64,000 nucleotides of DNA from Chlamydiales bacterium (GTDB taxonomy: Bacteria > Chlamydiota > Chlamydiia > Chlamydiales > JAAZZY01): NCBI GenBank assembly GCA_965206695.1, contig CBDBKM010000007.1, positions 1-64,000 of the forward strand, written 5' to 3'. Below are positions 10,083 to 20,889 of the stretch, piece after piece. Every line of letters starts with the position of its first letter. Positions within the stretch are counted from its first letter, which is position 1. Under the pieces are notes generated by a model, which did not search any database, was not told where the DNA came from, and saw nothing but the letters and a program-made list of their open reading frames with translations. A program made the translations under genes and the position numbers.

Positions 10083-10250
10083 GCGAGTTACTTCAGGTAG
10101 CTTTTATAGTTTTTTTATAAGAAATTCTTTTATTTACGCTTATTAAAAAGAAGCATTCATCTCTTTTTGTCTTAAATAAGGGTGATATTCTCTTCTTCAA
10201 AAACCTCAATTAGATTAAAATCTTAAAATAGTGTCTGAAATAATTTTTAA

Positions 10251-11309
10251 TTGAGATTGATGGTTACTTTTAAAGAAAATCAACCAAAAAATATTATTGT
10301 TAGAATGCCTAATTGGATAGGGGATTTGGTAATGGCGACACCTATCCTTACCGATTTAAGACAGCGTTGGCCGGATGCTCAAATTACGGCAATGTGCCGG
10401 CATAATGTAGCCCCATTATTAGAAGTAGATAAGGATATAAATGAGCTTTTCCGGTTTAAAAAGCCAAGTGGATTTTTAAGAAGAGAGCAAGGGCGTGATA
10501 TTATTCGGAAGTTACGTTATGGACATTATGATTTAGGGCTTTTGTTGACGCATTCATTTTCTTCTGCTTGGTGGTTTTTTAGAGGAGGAGTCAATAATCG
10601 TATTGGTTATCAAGGTCATTATCGACGCTTTTTATTGAATGATTTTTTAAACAATCCAAAAAAACGCACCAATACTCATCTAGTTGATACCTATAAAGAA
10701 TTATTGACAATGGTTGGTATTCAAACTAGTAAGTCTTTACCCAGATTATATGTAACGGATAAGGAAAAGGCTCAAGCTAAACAATTACTAAACCGTTTTG
10801 GAATTAGGAATGAACATGTTGTAGTTGGTATTAACCCGAGCGCAGCCTATGGCCCGGCTAAATGTTGGTTACCGGAAAGATTTCGTCAAGTAACTGAAAT
10901 GCTGGTGCGTGACCCGAATGTGTATGTGGTTTTTTTCGGGAACACGGACGGATTTTCTTTTATTGAAGAGATAAGTCAAAATCTTTACAAAAGAGTTATC
11001 AATCTAGCAGGGCAAACAACGTTAAGGGAATTTACCGCAATCATTAGTGTTTGTGATGTTTTTTTAAGTAATGATAGTGGCCCTATGCATATCGCTGCTG
11101 CCTTAAACAAACCACTGGTTGCTCTTTTCGGATCAACGTCACATATAGAAACCGGCCCTTATAATACCGGTGTTGTTATTCATAAAGAAGTTGCTTGTTC
11201 GCCTTGTTTTAAACGGATCTGTCCTATTGATTTTAGGTGTATGAAACGGATCCAAGTAGATGAAGTATATGAAGAACTCATCAAATTGATTAAGGAAAAG
11301 AAATGCTAA
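10251..11309 (+). CDS. waaF: Heptosyltransferase II-like glycosyltransferase (GT9)
   Basis: PNWIGDLVMATP, AYGPAKCW, NLAGQTTL, NDSGPMHIAAAL. Confidence 0.85.
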   Translation: MRLMVTFKENQPKNIIVRMPNWIGDLVMATPILTDLRQRWPDAQITAMCRHNVAPLLEVDKDINELFRFKKPSGFLRREQGRDIIRKLRYGHYDLGLLLTHSFSSAWWFFRGGVNNRIGYQGHYRRFLLNDFLNNPKKRTNTHLVDTYKELLTMVGIQTSKSLPRLYVTDKEKAQAKQLLNRFGIRNEHVVVGINPSAAYGPAKCWLPERFRQVTEMLVRDPNVYVVFFGNTDGFSFIEEISQNLYKRVINLAGQTTLREFTAIISVCDVFLSNDSGPMHIAAALNKPLVALFGSTSHIETGPYNTGVVIHKEVACSPCFKRICPIDFRCMKRIQVDEVYEELIKLIKEKKC

Positions 11310-12211
11310 AGCCTCTTTTAGTTTTTGTTGGTAGAGTTGTTCATATTAAAACAAAGAGTGATGACTATTTTATTGAGCTTTTAAAAGAATATTTTGTAGT
11401 AAAGGTCATTCGTAGAGAATCGATGTCTTCGAAAGAGTTAGTCTTAAGTTTAAACCGCATACATCCGGATGTGGTTTTTTTTCATGCCTTGCCCCCTTCA
11501 CCTTCCAAACATCTTAGAAAAATCAAATGTAAAAATTTGATATGGGCTCCTATGTGGGATGGGTTTAAAAAACTGAATTTGCGTAAGCGATGGTTCTTTA
11601 GATTTTTTAAAATAAAGGTGGTTACGTTTAGTCGGTCTCTAAATACTTATATAGACTCTATTCATTTACAAACGCATCGCTGGCAGCGTTTTATAAAGCC
11701 TCACTTAGAATTCGCATCGCAAAAAGATAAACCCCCTTATGTTGTCTTTCTTTGGCAAAGAGAAGAAAAAATAGGGATTGATGCAATCGTTCAATTGTTA
11801 GGGGAGGGAAATATTAAAAAAGTCATTTATAAAACTGATAATAAAGATCAGAAAATAGCGTCCTATCCTTTCAAAGTGGAAGTATTGGATAGTTGGTTAG
11901 AAAAAGAAGAATATTTTAGAAAAATAAAAGAAGCTGATTATTGCATAGCTCCTCGATTTGCCGAGGGTATAGGATATAGCTTTTTGGAGCCTATGGCTAT
12001 GGGAAAAATCGTTATAGCTTATGATAATGCCACAATGAATGAATATGTTATTAATGGCGAAAACGGTTATCTGTTTTCTGATGATATGCGATTGATTTCG
12101 CCTCTAAAATCTCCTAAGGAGATGTATCTAAAAGTTGAACATTATGCTAACCATTATTATCGGCAATGGGAGTTTTCAAAAGATAAACTAAAAGATTTTA
12201 TTTTATCGTAA
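11303..12211 (+). CDS. Glycosyltransferase (GT-B, GT4-like)
   Basis: PRFAEGIGYSFLEPMAMGK...TMNEYVINGENG (E-x7-E motif). Confidence 0.75.
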   Translation: MLKPLLVFVGRVVHIKTKSDDYFIELLKEYFVVKVIRRESMSSKELVLSLNRIHPDVVFFHALPPSPSKHLRKIKCKNLIWAPMWDGFKKLNLRKRWFFRFFKIKVVTFSRSLNTYIDSIHLQTHRWQRFIKPHLEFASQKDKPPYVVFLWQREEKIGIDAIVQLLGEGNIKKVIYKTDNKDQKIASYPFKVEVLDSWLEKEEYFRKIKEADYCIAPRFAEGIGYSFLEPMAMGKIVIAYDNATMNEYVINGENGYLFSDDMRLISPLKSPKEMYLKVEHYANHYYRQWEFSKDKLKDFILS

Positions 12212-12286
12212 AAAAAGATAAAGAAATACTTATCTTATTTAATTTGCCCATGCTATGTTATAGATAATGATCCAAAGGGAAAACAC

Positions 12287-13333
12287 GTGATTATTTGTCA
12301 AACTCTTTTTTGCATGTCTTTCTTTGGAAGAGGCACCGATTATCCTGTGTGGTATTACCAACATGGTGGCTTGGTTATTGTCTCTAGTATCAATAAATAC
12401 TGTTATATCAGCTGCTGCATTTTATCGCTTTTTTTTGAATATAAGCATCGTATTTGTTATTCTACAATTGAGAGTGTTAACTCTGTAAAAGAAATGAAGC
12501 ACCCTTCAGTGAAGGCGATCTTAAATTTATTTCTACAGTCAAAGGGTCCGGAAATACATCATAATGCTGACTTGCCTTCCGGATCAGGTTTGGGTTCTGA
12601 TTCGGCTGTTACGGTAAGTCTTATTAATGCCCTGCACGCTCTCTACTATAAAACATTACCAAAAAAAAAATTAGTTAGTTTAGCAATCTATATTGAACAG
12701 AAAATTATTCAACAATGTGTAGGGTCTCAAGATCAGATTGCTGTCTCTTTTAGGGGTTTCAATAAAGTTATCTTCTATCCTGATGATACAGTTGCTGTAG
12801 AGCCATTGTGTATGCTTCCTAAAAGAATAAAAGCTCTACAAGACTATATCCTTTTATTATACACCGGATCGTCATATTATGCTCCTTTGATTGCTCAAGA
12901 TCAGGTTGATAGTATGCCCGCTCATGAAAAGGAGTTGAAAAACATCCAATCCATTTCAAAAAAGGCGGTATCCGTTTTAGAAGATTCTAATAGGTCCTTA
13001 TTAGCAATTGGTCATTTATTACATGAGTCTTGGTTACTAAAGCGTTCCTTATCCGATAAAATCTTATCTCCTAAAATTGATGAAATCTATCAATTAGCTA
13101 TTCAGTCAGGGGCAATAGGAGGGAAACTTATAGGAGCCCGAGGGAGAGGCTTGTTAATGTTATTTGTTGAACCATGTAAGCACCAAAAAGTTTTAAAAGC
13201 TTTAAATCAAGTAACTCCGGTAAATATTCGTTTTGAAAAAAATGGTAGTAAAATCATATTGTTTGATCCGGATCAGGATATTGAGGATGATTTATCTCAA
13301 CCTCTTGTTTCTGATGTGGTCAATGAAAATTGA
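12287..13333 (+). CDS. hddA: D-glycero-alpha-D-manno-heptose-7-phosphate kinase (GHMP family), motifs degenerate
   Basis: SFFGRGTDYP, DLPSGSGLGS, GSQDQ, GAIGGKLIGA; adjacent to hddC-like gene. Confidence 0.75.
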   Translation: MIICQTLFCMSFFGRGTDYPVWYYQHGGLVIVSSINKYCYISCCILSLFFEYKHRICYSTIESVNSVKEMKHPSVKAILNLFLQSKGPEIHHNADLPSGSGLGSDSAVTVSLINALHALYYKTLPKKKLVSLAIYIEQKIIQQCVGSQDQIAVSFRGFNKVIFYPDDTVAVEPLCMLPKRIKALQDYILLLYTGSSYYAPLIAQDQVDSMPAHEKELKNIQSISKKAVSVLEDSNRSLLAIGHLLHESWLLKRSLSDKILSPKIDEIYQLAIQSGAIGGKLIGARGRGLLMLFVEPCKHQKVLKALNQVTPVNIRFEKNGSKIILFDPDQDIEDDLSQPLVSDVVNEN

Positions 13334-13373
13334 TTTGTGGTAACTCAAAAATAGTGAAAATGAGGAGAAAATT

Positions 13374-14096
13374 ATGCGAGCAGTTATCTTAGCAGGAGGT
13401 AAAGGTGCCCGCCTGAACCCCATCATTTCCGATGTTCCTAAGCCGATGGCTCCAATAAGAAAACGACCCTTTTTAGAATATCTTCTCAATTATTGGATCA
13501 AGCAAGGAGTTGATCAATTTGTGTTGTCTATTGGGCATATGGCAGATCAAATACATTATTATTTTGGCAATAATTATCGCGGGTGTCCCATCGAGTATAT
13601 TAGAGAAGAGAAACCGTTAGGTACGGGAGGAGCGCTTTTATTTGTACTAGACTCTCTTGAAGATACAGACGAGGCTGTTTTAGTTCTTAATGGGGATTCC
13701 TACTGTGAAGTAGAATTTAGAGAGATGCAAGAGCAGCATGAGAAGAATAATGCTGCTATTACGGTTGCATTGACTGAGGTTAAAGAGAACAATCGTTATA
13801 GCGGTGTTCACATGAAGGATAACAGAATATTAAGTTTTGAAAAGCGCCGAGAAAATGCAACAACGAGTTTAATAAATGCAGGAGCCTATCTAATCTATCC
13901 GGAAGTTTTTTTTGGTCAGAAGTGGAATATAGGAGATAAACTATCTTTAGAAGATGACTTATTTCCGGTAATGATTCGCCAACATCTCGTCTTTGGATTT
14001 TCAACATGTGGTCGTTTTATTGATATTGGTATTCCTGATGATTATATTCGGGCACAAGGTTTCTTTAAGCAAGGATCTTCACAACCGATTTCTTAA
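13374..14096 (+). CDS. hddC: Heptose-1-phosphate guanylyltransferase-like nucleotidyltransferase
   Basis: ILAGGKGARL, PKPMAPI, PLGTGGAL, LNGDS, FIDIGIPDDY. Confidence 0.8.
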   Translation: MRAVILAGGKGARLNPIISDVPKPMAPIRKRPFLEYLLNYWIKQGVDQFVLSIGHMADQIHYYFGNNYRGCPIEYIREEKPLGTGGALLFVLDSLEDTDEAVLVLNGDSYCEVEFREMQEQHEKNNAAITVALTEVKENNRYSGVHMKDNRILSFEKRRENATTSLINAGAYLIYPEVFFGQKWNIGDKLSLEDDLFPVMIRQHLVFGFSTCGRFIDIGIPDDYIRAQGFFKQGSSQPIS

Positions 14097-14110
14097 GAGA
14101 TTTGTAAAAC

Positions 14111-15202
14111 ATGCCAAAATCGATCAAGGAACCTAAAAGGATCTTAATTTCATCACTTCATAATATTGGTGATCTGATTGCTAAGATTCCTTTGATGCGT
14201 CTTTTAAAAAAACAGTTTCCTAACTGCCGGATCATTCTCTTAACCAGAGCTTATACCATCCCACTAACTCCATTTATTGAGTGTATCGATAAAGTTATAG
14301 AATTTAATGACTTTTTCAATAGAGAAAAAGAAGAGATAGTAGCCAATTTAATTAGCTTAAAGCTTGATGTTATTATTCATATTTTATCAGTTGAATCGAT
14401 CATAGGGCCTGATATTTATTCTTTAGCAAAACTTGCAAAAATACCTATTCGTATTGGAAATATAAGGTGCTCTAAATTTAAAAATTTCTTAAATAAAAAA
14501 GGCTTAACTCATAATGTAAGAAGCAAGCGCATTCTTCCTGATATTCATGAGTTTTTATGGAATTTAAAAGTACTACAATGTTTCAATTTGACTAACCATT
14601 TTTCTTTAGAAGAAATAAAGGGGTTAATTCATTTAGTTGCTCCTGAAAAGATTTTGAAAAGTTGCTTACCCTTTATAGATAGAAAAAAGTTCAATTTAAT
14701 GATTCATCCCGGATCGCATGGAAATGCTAAAGAATGGTCAACAGATTATTTTATCAAGTTGATAAAAGCTTTAGATCCCTTAATATTTAATATTATTTTA
14801 ACGGGTTCTCAAAAAGAGGCTAAGCTTTATAATGAGCTTATATTGTCTCAAAGCAATATTCAAAACACTATGGGTAAGCTGAATTTAGAGGAGTTAATTC
14901 ATTTGATATGTATAGCTGACGGTTTATTAGCTTCCAGTACGGGACCCGCACATTTATCTGCGATTTTTGGGAAAAAAACTCTCAGTTTATTTCCTAAACA
15001 AGATGTCATTGGTGCCGGTATTTGGCAGCCAATAGGTAAGCAGGCCACATATATATCCGGTTCTTTTATTTGTAAGCCTTGTCAAAAAAAATTGACAGAT
15101 TTTGATGCGGGGATTTGTAAGTGTATGGATTCTATTTCTGTAGAAGCGGTTAAAAATCATCTGCATTTATGGCAGGACGCTAAAAGTGCAAACTCGTTAT
15201 GA
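14111..15202 (+). CDS. Glycosyltransferase family 9
   Basis: NIGDL, IHPGS..AKEW, STGPAHLSA. Confidence 0.85.
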   Translation: MPKSIKEPKRILISSLHNIGDLIAKIPLMRLLKKQFPNCRIILLTRAYTIPLTPFIECIDKVIEFNDFFNREKEEIVANLISLKLDVIIHILSVESIIGPDIYSLAKLAKIPIRIGNIRCSKFKNFLNKKGLTHNVRSKRILPDIHEFLWNLKVLQCFNLTNHFSLEEIKGLIHLVAPEKILKSCLPFIDRKKFNLMIHPGSHGNAKEWSTDYFIKLIKALDPLIFNIILTGSQKEAKLYNELILSQSNIQNTMGKLNLEELIHLICIADGLLASSTGPAHLSAIFGKKTLSLFPKQDVIGAGIWQPIGKQATYISGSFICKPCQKKLTDFDAGICKCMDSISVEAVKNHLHLWQDAKSANSL

Positions 15203-16476
15203 AAATCCTTTATGATTTAGCCTCCTTTTTACCCATCTATCTAGAAAGCTCTAAATCTGCTCGTACGGGTGTATATCGTTATGTTCAACATTTAGCGTTA
15301 GGTTTGATCGGCTCACCCGATGCTGAAATGACTTTTTGTTCTAGCCGGCGAACAGAAAGGGAAGAAGAATGGTTAACGCACTATAAGCATTTGCGTGATA
15401 TAGGAGCTTGTCCTTATATCAAGCAGGAAAAACCTAAATTTCTCTTTGAGAAAGTATCCCAATTAAAGGATACCATTAATCAGTCAAGATATGCTAAAAG
15501 TCCTTTTGTTAAAACAGGAAGGGAACTTCTCTGCATATTAGAAAAGTGGGCGAAGCCCCTTCCGTTAGATTGCAGTAAGGCACATCATTGGGATATTTTT
15601 TTTTCAGCTTATCACCCTATTCCCAGGCAATTAAAATCTTCTTCTTCTCTAAAGCTGTTTGTTACGATTCATGATTTAATCTATAAACGCTACCCACAAT
15701 ATTTTTCAGTTGATAAACGATCCTTTTTTAAGCATTTGATACAAAAAAAAACCAAAGATCAATTTTTTTTTTGCGTATCTCAATCAACAAAAGATGATTT
15801 ATGTTCTTTTTATTCAATTGATGAAAATAGAATATTTATCGTTCACTCTGCTGTAGCAGATGGATATTTTTACCCTTGCCGGGATAAAGAAAAATATCAA
15901 GTGGTAAGAAAAAAATATAATCTTCCTCAAGAAGGTCAATATTTTTTAAGCTTATCAACTCTTGAACCCAGAAAAAACATCCCTCACCTGATTCGATCTT
16001 TTGCCGGTCTGGTTTTGGAAAATAAAATGAATGACCTTTATTTGGTTCTAACAGGTCCTAGGGGGTGGCAATATGAAGAGATTTTTGCCACCATTAAGAA
16101 TTTTTCACTTATTAAAAATAAGGTTATTTTTACCGATTTTGTAGAAGACATGGATTTGGCTACTCTATATAGTAACGCTTTAGCTTTTGTTTTTCCCTCT
16201 CTTTACGAAGGATTCGGTTTACCTCCTTTAGAAGCTATGACTTGCGGCGTTCCGGTAATTGCTTCTAATCTCTCTTCTTTACCGGAAGTAATAGGGTCAG
16301 CCGGACTTTTAATTGATCCAATAGATCAGGATCTCTTAAGTCAAAGTATGTTTGATCTCTATCATAACAAAGACTTAAGGCTAACTCTGATTGAAAAATC
16401 GTTAAGGCAGTCCAAAAAATTCAATTGGGCGAATAATACCAAACAAGCAATCAAAGCCTTTCAATCGGTTTTATAA
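15199..16476 (+). CDS. Glycosyltransferase family 4
   Basis: [30 protein letters not shown]. Confidence 0.9.
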   Translation: MKILYDLASFLPIYLESSKSARTGVYRYVQHLALGLIGSPDAEMTFCSSRRTEREEEWLTHYKHLRDIGACPYIKQEKPKFLFEKVSQLKDTINQSRYAKSPFVKTGRELLCILEKWAKPLPLDCSKAHHWDIFFSAYHPIPRQLKSSSSLKLFVTIHDLIYKRYPQYFSVDKRSFFKHLIQKKTKDQFFFCVSQSTKDDLCSFYSIDENRIFIVHSAVADGYFYPCRDKEKYQVVRKKYNLPQEGQYFLSLSTLEPRKNIPHLIRSFAGLVLENKMNDLYLVLTGPRGWQYEEIFATIKNFSLIKNKVIFTDFVEDMDLATLYSNALAFVFPSLYEGFGLPPLEAMTCGVPVIASNLSSLPEVIGSAGLLIDPIDQDLLSQSMFDLYHNKDLRLTLIEKSLRQSKKFNWANNTKQAIKAFQSVL

Positions 16477-16488
16477 TTTATTTTAATC

Positions 16489-16646
16489 GAAGTGCGACAA
16501 ATAGGGAGTATGTGAAAATGGCCAAATGCCTGTAAAATCTATATGGTAAATTTTTGATAAAAAATATTATGGAAAGACCTCTGCATAACTTATTGATTTA
16601 GTCGTTGATTTGTCAAAAATATATTTATAATGTCTTTAACTTATAT
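16489..16646 (+). mobile_element. Orphan IS30 left end (16489-16573) fused to half of a MITE (16574-16646)
   Basis: First part matches ~57588-57672; second part starts AAGACCTCTGCATAACT and matches 21368-21436. Confidence 0.75.
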
Positions 16647-17680
16647 CTTGCTCTTTCAACTATGAAGTGCAACAAATAGGCACCTCATTATACCTCAAAT
16701 TTCTTTGATTGAAAACCTCTATAGGCATTTTAAAATTCAGACTTTTCCTTGGTCTGTTATTTAATGAATTTTCTATTCTTTTTACTTCTTCATCCGTTAC
16801 TTTTGATAAATCAGTGTTTTTAGGGAGATACTGTTTTACAAGTCCATTTGTATGTTCATTTAATCCTCTTTCCCGGGAGTGATAGGGTTTAGCAAAATAA
16901 AACTCTGCGTTAAGTTTTGCACGAACCTCTTTATGCTTGGAAAATTCTAAACCGTTATCTGTCGTTAATGTATACACCTTGTCCTTAATAGCTCTAAACG
17001 TTCAATTAAAGCATTAGCAACACCATGAGCTTGTTTAGATGCTACCTTCATAAGCATTGTATCTTTAGAAGCTCCGGCAACAATAGAGACAAGCACCCCT
17101 TTATGATTTCTTCCTATTATTGTATCGCATTCAAAATCTCCTATCCTTGTTTTCATATCGACAATCTCAGGTCTTTTATCACTATCAATCCTATTGGGAA
17201 TACATCCACGGCCTGTTTTGACAGAACCTCGTTTGTTATACTTCTTACCCTGATGTCTTAAATTCTTATATAAACGGCCTCCATTTTGTTGATCTTTCCA
17301 AATATGACGATAGATACCTTTATGGCCGATAAAAACCCCCATTCTCTTTTAACTTGCCGGATATCTGAACAGGACTCCACTGAAACCATAACCTATTTCA
17401 GAAGTCATTTTTTTCTTTATACTACTTGCTTTTAATCACCTGTTTTCTGATTGAATTTGAGCTGCAATATGAATATATCTACCTTGAAAAGGGTTTCTTT
17501 GCAGCTCTCTATAAATAGTAGATTGATCAACTCTTATTTCATAAGCAATATAATCTACAAAATCTCCTCTTTATTTTAATGCATATATTTGGCATCTTTG
17601 GTTAAATGATAATAGCCTTTAGGCATAAAAATCCCTCTATAGTTATTAGTCTTTTCAAAAATTAACTATAGAGATTTTAT
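16647..17680 (-). mobile_element. IS30-family element, transposase pseudogene
   Basis: Fragments GDFECDTIIG, TTDNGLEF, ERGLNEHTNGL, LNNRPRK in different frames; terminal sequence matches 58585-58613. Confidence 0.9.
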
Positions 17681-17688
17681 CATCAGGA

Positions 17689-18549
17689 GTGAAGGAGTGG
17701 TTAATGAAACGATTTATTTTTTCTATATTGGGTTGTATTTTCGCATTATCGACTAATATTGAAGCTAATATACAAACTTGCTCATCCCTTACCGATTGTA
17801 TTAAAGAAGTTTCTTTGAAGCAAGGTGATTTATTGGTATTAGATATAGATCTTACACTTATAGTTCCAACAGAATCGGTTCTTTTGTATCCTCAAATTAA
17901 GCGGCATCGAAAAGTTTTTAAGCACTTGGCAGAATGGACTCCTCTTCTTAAGATGATAACCTTGAATCTTATTCCAAAACGTTATGCTTCACAAGTCATT
18001 GAAAAGAGTATTCCTCAATTAATCCAATTTGTGAAATCCCAAGGAGTTCCTGTTATCGCTCTTACTTCTTGTTTAGTTAACTCTTTGGGAGATGAATTAT
18101 TGGCACCTCAAATGCGGTTTGAGCAACTTAAGAGTCATGATATCTTTCTATCAAATCCTATTTCTTCAGATTCTCTATTAGAGTTGGAAGATCTTGAGCT
18201 GGCTATGGGTTATTACCCAATGTATTATCAAGGTATATTAGTTGCTAATACTATTGATAATCCGTATAGAGTTGTTAATGCAAAAGGAGAAGTTTTAAAA
18301 AGCTTTCTTAAACACTTGCCTTTTATACCAACACGTATCATCTTCGTTGATGATAGACAAGATAATTTAGAATCGGTGGAGCATGTTCTACAGGATATGG
18401 GAATTGAGTATAGTGGATGGTTATACAATAGAGCTGACATCCTAAGTACAGAAGATGTGACCGAAGAGCAGTTTATAAAGGTGTGGGGTGCTTTAATTAA
18501 TGAAGCGAAAGAGATTATTGCAGAGCAATTTTTGGAAGAGGTAATATGA
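17689..18549 (+). CDS. HAD-like DUF2608-type protein with signal peptide
   Basis: VLDIDLTL, ALTS, KG, IIFVDDRQDNL; hydrophobic N-terminus from ATG 17704. Confidence 0.7.
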   Translation: MKEWLMKRFIFSILGCIFALSTNIEANIQTCSSLTDCIKEVSLKQGDLLVLDIDLTLIVPTESVLLYPQIKRHRKVFKHLAEWTPLLKMITLNLIPKRYASQVIEKSIPQLIQFVKSQGVPVIALTSCLVNSLGDELLAPQMRFEQLKSHDIFLSNPISSDSLLELEDLELAMGYYPMYYQGILVANTIDNPYRVVNAKGEVLKSFLKHLPFIPTRIIFVDDRQDNLESVEHVLQDMGIEYSGWLYNRADILSTEDVTEEQFIKVWGALINEAKEIIAEQFLEEVI

Positions 18550-18593
18550 TCTTATGCAGAGCCGAATTATATCAGCTCTGCTCATCGACTTTG

Positions 18594-19355
18594 TCATAGT
18601 TTTTCATTTGCATAAAATCGCATTGCTTCACTGATGAACTCAATCATTTTTGGATGGTATGTATTAAAAAAAATTTTAAAATCGGGATGCTCTGAATACA
18701 ATTGTGTAAATTTTATATAGATATCTTTAGTGATATCAAAGAATCTTGCCTGTAGCTGATAGTGACGGTGAATAATACTTTGTACTGCATCAGATTCAGA
18801 TTGTAATCCTGCATTAATAGTCGTAGTAAGTTCCTTATATATGGTATCATCGCTATTTTTTACCTGATCCCATTCTTCTTTATCCCATTTTGCTGTACGT
18901 TTTTTACTTTCAAAAATACGATTTTCTGCAACGGTACCATGATATTTTACAAGAGATTTTTCATATTCTTTTTGTCTTTCACTATCAAAACCATAGTATA
19001 ACTCTTCATTTGACATTGTCTCTTTACCTCTTAAATATAGATTTGTTTTATCAATTGTTTTAATTAAGTTATGTTTACGATCAATAGCCTTTTTTAAGAT
19101 TCTTCTATACGTATATAATGCTTTGATTTCATCAAAATCATCTTGCAAAAGAAGTGTTTTAATATCATTTACGTTGAATTCAAGCTCTTTGAAGAATAAA
19201 ATTTGTTATAAAATTAGCATTTGCTTTTCTTCATAGTAACGGTAAGCATTAGTACCATGGTATGCAGGTTTAAGTAATTCAATTGTATCGTACCAGCGTA
19301 GCGTACGTGTACTTATTCCTGATATTTTTGCTAATTGTTTTATCGTATAAGCCAT
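18594..19355 (-). pseudogene. MerR-family (TipA/Mta-like) regulator with a premature stop
   Basis: MAYTIKQLAKISGISTRTLRWYD...; in-frame TAA at 19206-19208, then QILFFKEL and a TipAS-like C-terminus in the same frame. Confidence 0.85.
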
Positions 19356-19384
19356 AAAAATCTTTTCTTCAATGAAACAATCTA

Positions 19385-19415
19385 AAGATAGGGTATTACG
19401 TAACGTCAAGGTCAA
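19385..19415 (-). promoter_or_regulatory. MerR-type promoter with 19-bp spacer and dyad operator
   Basis: TTGACC-TTGACGTTACGTAATACCC-TATCTT upstream of the MerR gene. Confidence 0.8.
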
Positions 19416-19492
19416 GAGTGATTTTTTAACAAGTATAGCAAGTGAATAAATGGTTCTTTTCCGTTAGGCAGTTGGTATAGGTAAACTTTTTT

Positions 19493-19525
19493 CAATCAAA
19501 AGTTCTGAATGCGTCCAATCACCCC
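19493..19525. repeat. Direct repeat, copy 1 (33 bp identical to 21224-21256, weaker similarity for ~35 bp more)
   Basis: CAATCAAAAGTTCTGAATGCGTCCAATCACCCC. Confidence 0.9.
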
Positions 19526-19603
19526 AATTTCTCTCCTAAAAAGCTTTAAAAATCACATAAAATAAAGTTATTTTATTTCTTGTATTTCATAGTTGAAGAA
19601 GCA

Positions 19604-20239
19604 TTATTTTATAGTTAACCAATAATTGTATAATTTATCTATTTCTTTAGCACACAGCAACTGCATAGCAGAAGCCAACTGATTTTCAGACCAATTCCAC
19701 CACTTCATTTCAAGCAATCGTTTTACCTGTTCATCTGAGAATCGCATTCGAATAATCTTTGCGGGATTTCCTGCGATAATGGAATAAGGTTTTACATCTT
19801 TTGTAACCATTGAACGCGCACCTATAATTGCTCCATGCCCAACCTTAATACCGGGCATTATCATTGCCTCGGCACCAATCCACACATCATGACCAATTTC
19901 AGTGTTGTCGGCACTTTTATAGCCATTAGGAGCATCTTTCATACATTTCTCATCAACATAGAAAAATGGGAAAGTACTGATCCATTCCATGTCATGTCCC
20001 TGGTTACCTGCCATGATAAAGCAAACACCCGTACCAATAGAACAAAAGCTACCAATAATGAGTTTGTCTACATCATCTCTATCAGGCATAAGGTATCGTG
20101 CACATTCATCAAAGGAATGTCCGTGATAATATCCGGAGTAATAACTATAGCGACCGACAATAATGTTGGGATTTGTAATTTGTTTATCTAATGGAATACT
20201 TTTGAACGGACTTTCAAAAAAATTATAGCCTTTCATCAA
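19604..20239 (-). CDS. catB: Type B chloramphenicol O-acetyltransferase (xenobiotic acyltransferase)
   Basis: FESPF...[28 protein letters not shown]...[31 protein letters not shown]. Confidence 0.9.
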   Translation of the reverse strand: MMKGYNFFESPFKSIPLDKQITNPNIIVGRYSYYSGYYHGHSFDECARYLMPDRDDVDKLIIGSFCSIGTGVCFIMAGNQGHDMEWISTFPFFYVDEKCMKDAPNGYKSADNTEIGHDVWIGAEAMIMPGIKVGHGAIIGARSMVTKDVKPYSIIAGNPAKIIRMRFSDEQVKRLLEMKWWNWSENQLASAMQLLCAKEIDKLYNYWLTIK

Positions 20240-20485
20240 AACAGATTCCTCCTTTTGAAAAATTATACTTTTATGCAGGGATTTAAAGAAAAAATCTATG
20301 GAAATTTGAGACTGAAAAAATTCATATTCAAATTTTAGCAGTCGCGGTTTTTAATGAATTAAGCCGGATGCCTTGCCAATCAAAAGCTATGAATGCATCC
20401 AACTGCCTCCAATTCTCATACTTAATTCTTTGATAATCAATTGTTTGTGAAATAAAAAATCTACATCAATTTTTCTTGATTGTTA

Positions 20486-20503
20486 TGTACCATTTTTGGT
20501 GCA
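20486..20503. promoter_or_regulatory. Palindromic operator upstream of the TA operon
   Basis: TGTACCA-TTTT-TGGTGCA between TTGATT and TATTAT hexamers. Confidence 0.55.
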
Positions 20504-20536
20504 ATCTATTATGATTAAGGAATATGAGCGGATTTA

Positions 20537-20885
20537 ATGTTGCCTGCAAAGAAAGTTGTATCTATAAAGTTTTATAGATCTTTAAATGGAAATGAACCGG
20601 TTAGAAATTAGTTAAAGGCTCTACCAAAAAATCTTAAGAAAATTATTGGAGAAGATCTTAAGACTGTTGAATATGGGGTGGCCATTAGGTATGCCTCTTG
20701 TTAAATCGTTAGGTGGCGGTTTGTGGGAAGCTCGTAGCTCTTTCCCCGGTGGAATTGCACGAGTGATTGTTGTTTAAAAAAAAAGAGAAATGATTCTGTT
20801 GCATGCTTTTATAAAAAAGACACAGAAAACATTGAAAAAAGATTTAGATTTTGCTCGTAAGAGATCAAAGGATCCGGAGAGTTAA
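20537..20885 (+). pseudogene. RelE/Gp49-like type II toxin pseudogene
   Basis: FYRSLNGNEPVRN*LK, GWPLGMPLVKSLGGGLWEARS, LLHAFIKKTQKT, split by a stop and frameshifts. Confidence 0.85.
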
Positions 20886-20889
20886 TATT

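Noticed and set aside
19420..19470. GCCTAAC...GTTAAAA downstream of catB as an integron attC site
   Set aside because: The R' box does not fit GTTRRRY, there is no internal palindrome and no integrase nearby
19493..19525. tRNA gene
   Set aside because: Only a loose 3'-end resemblance; no cloverleaf
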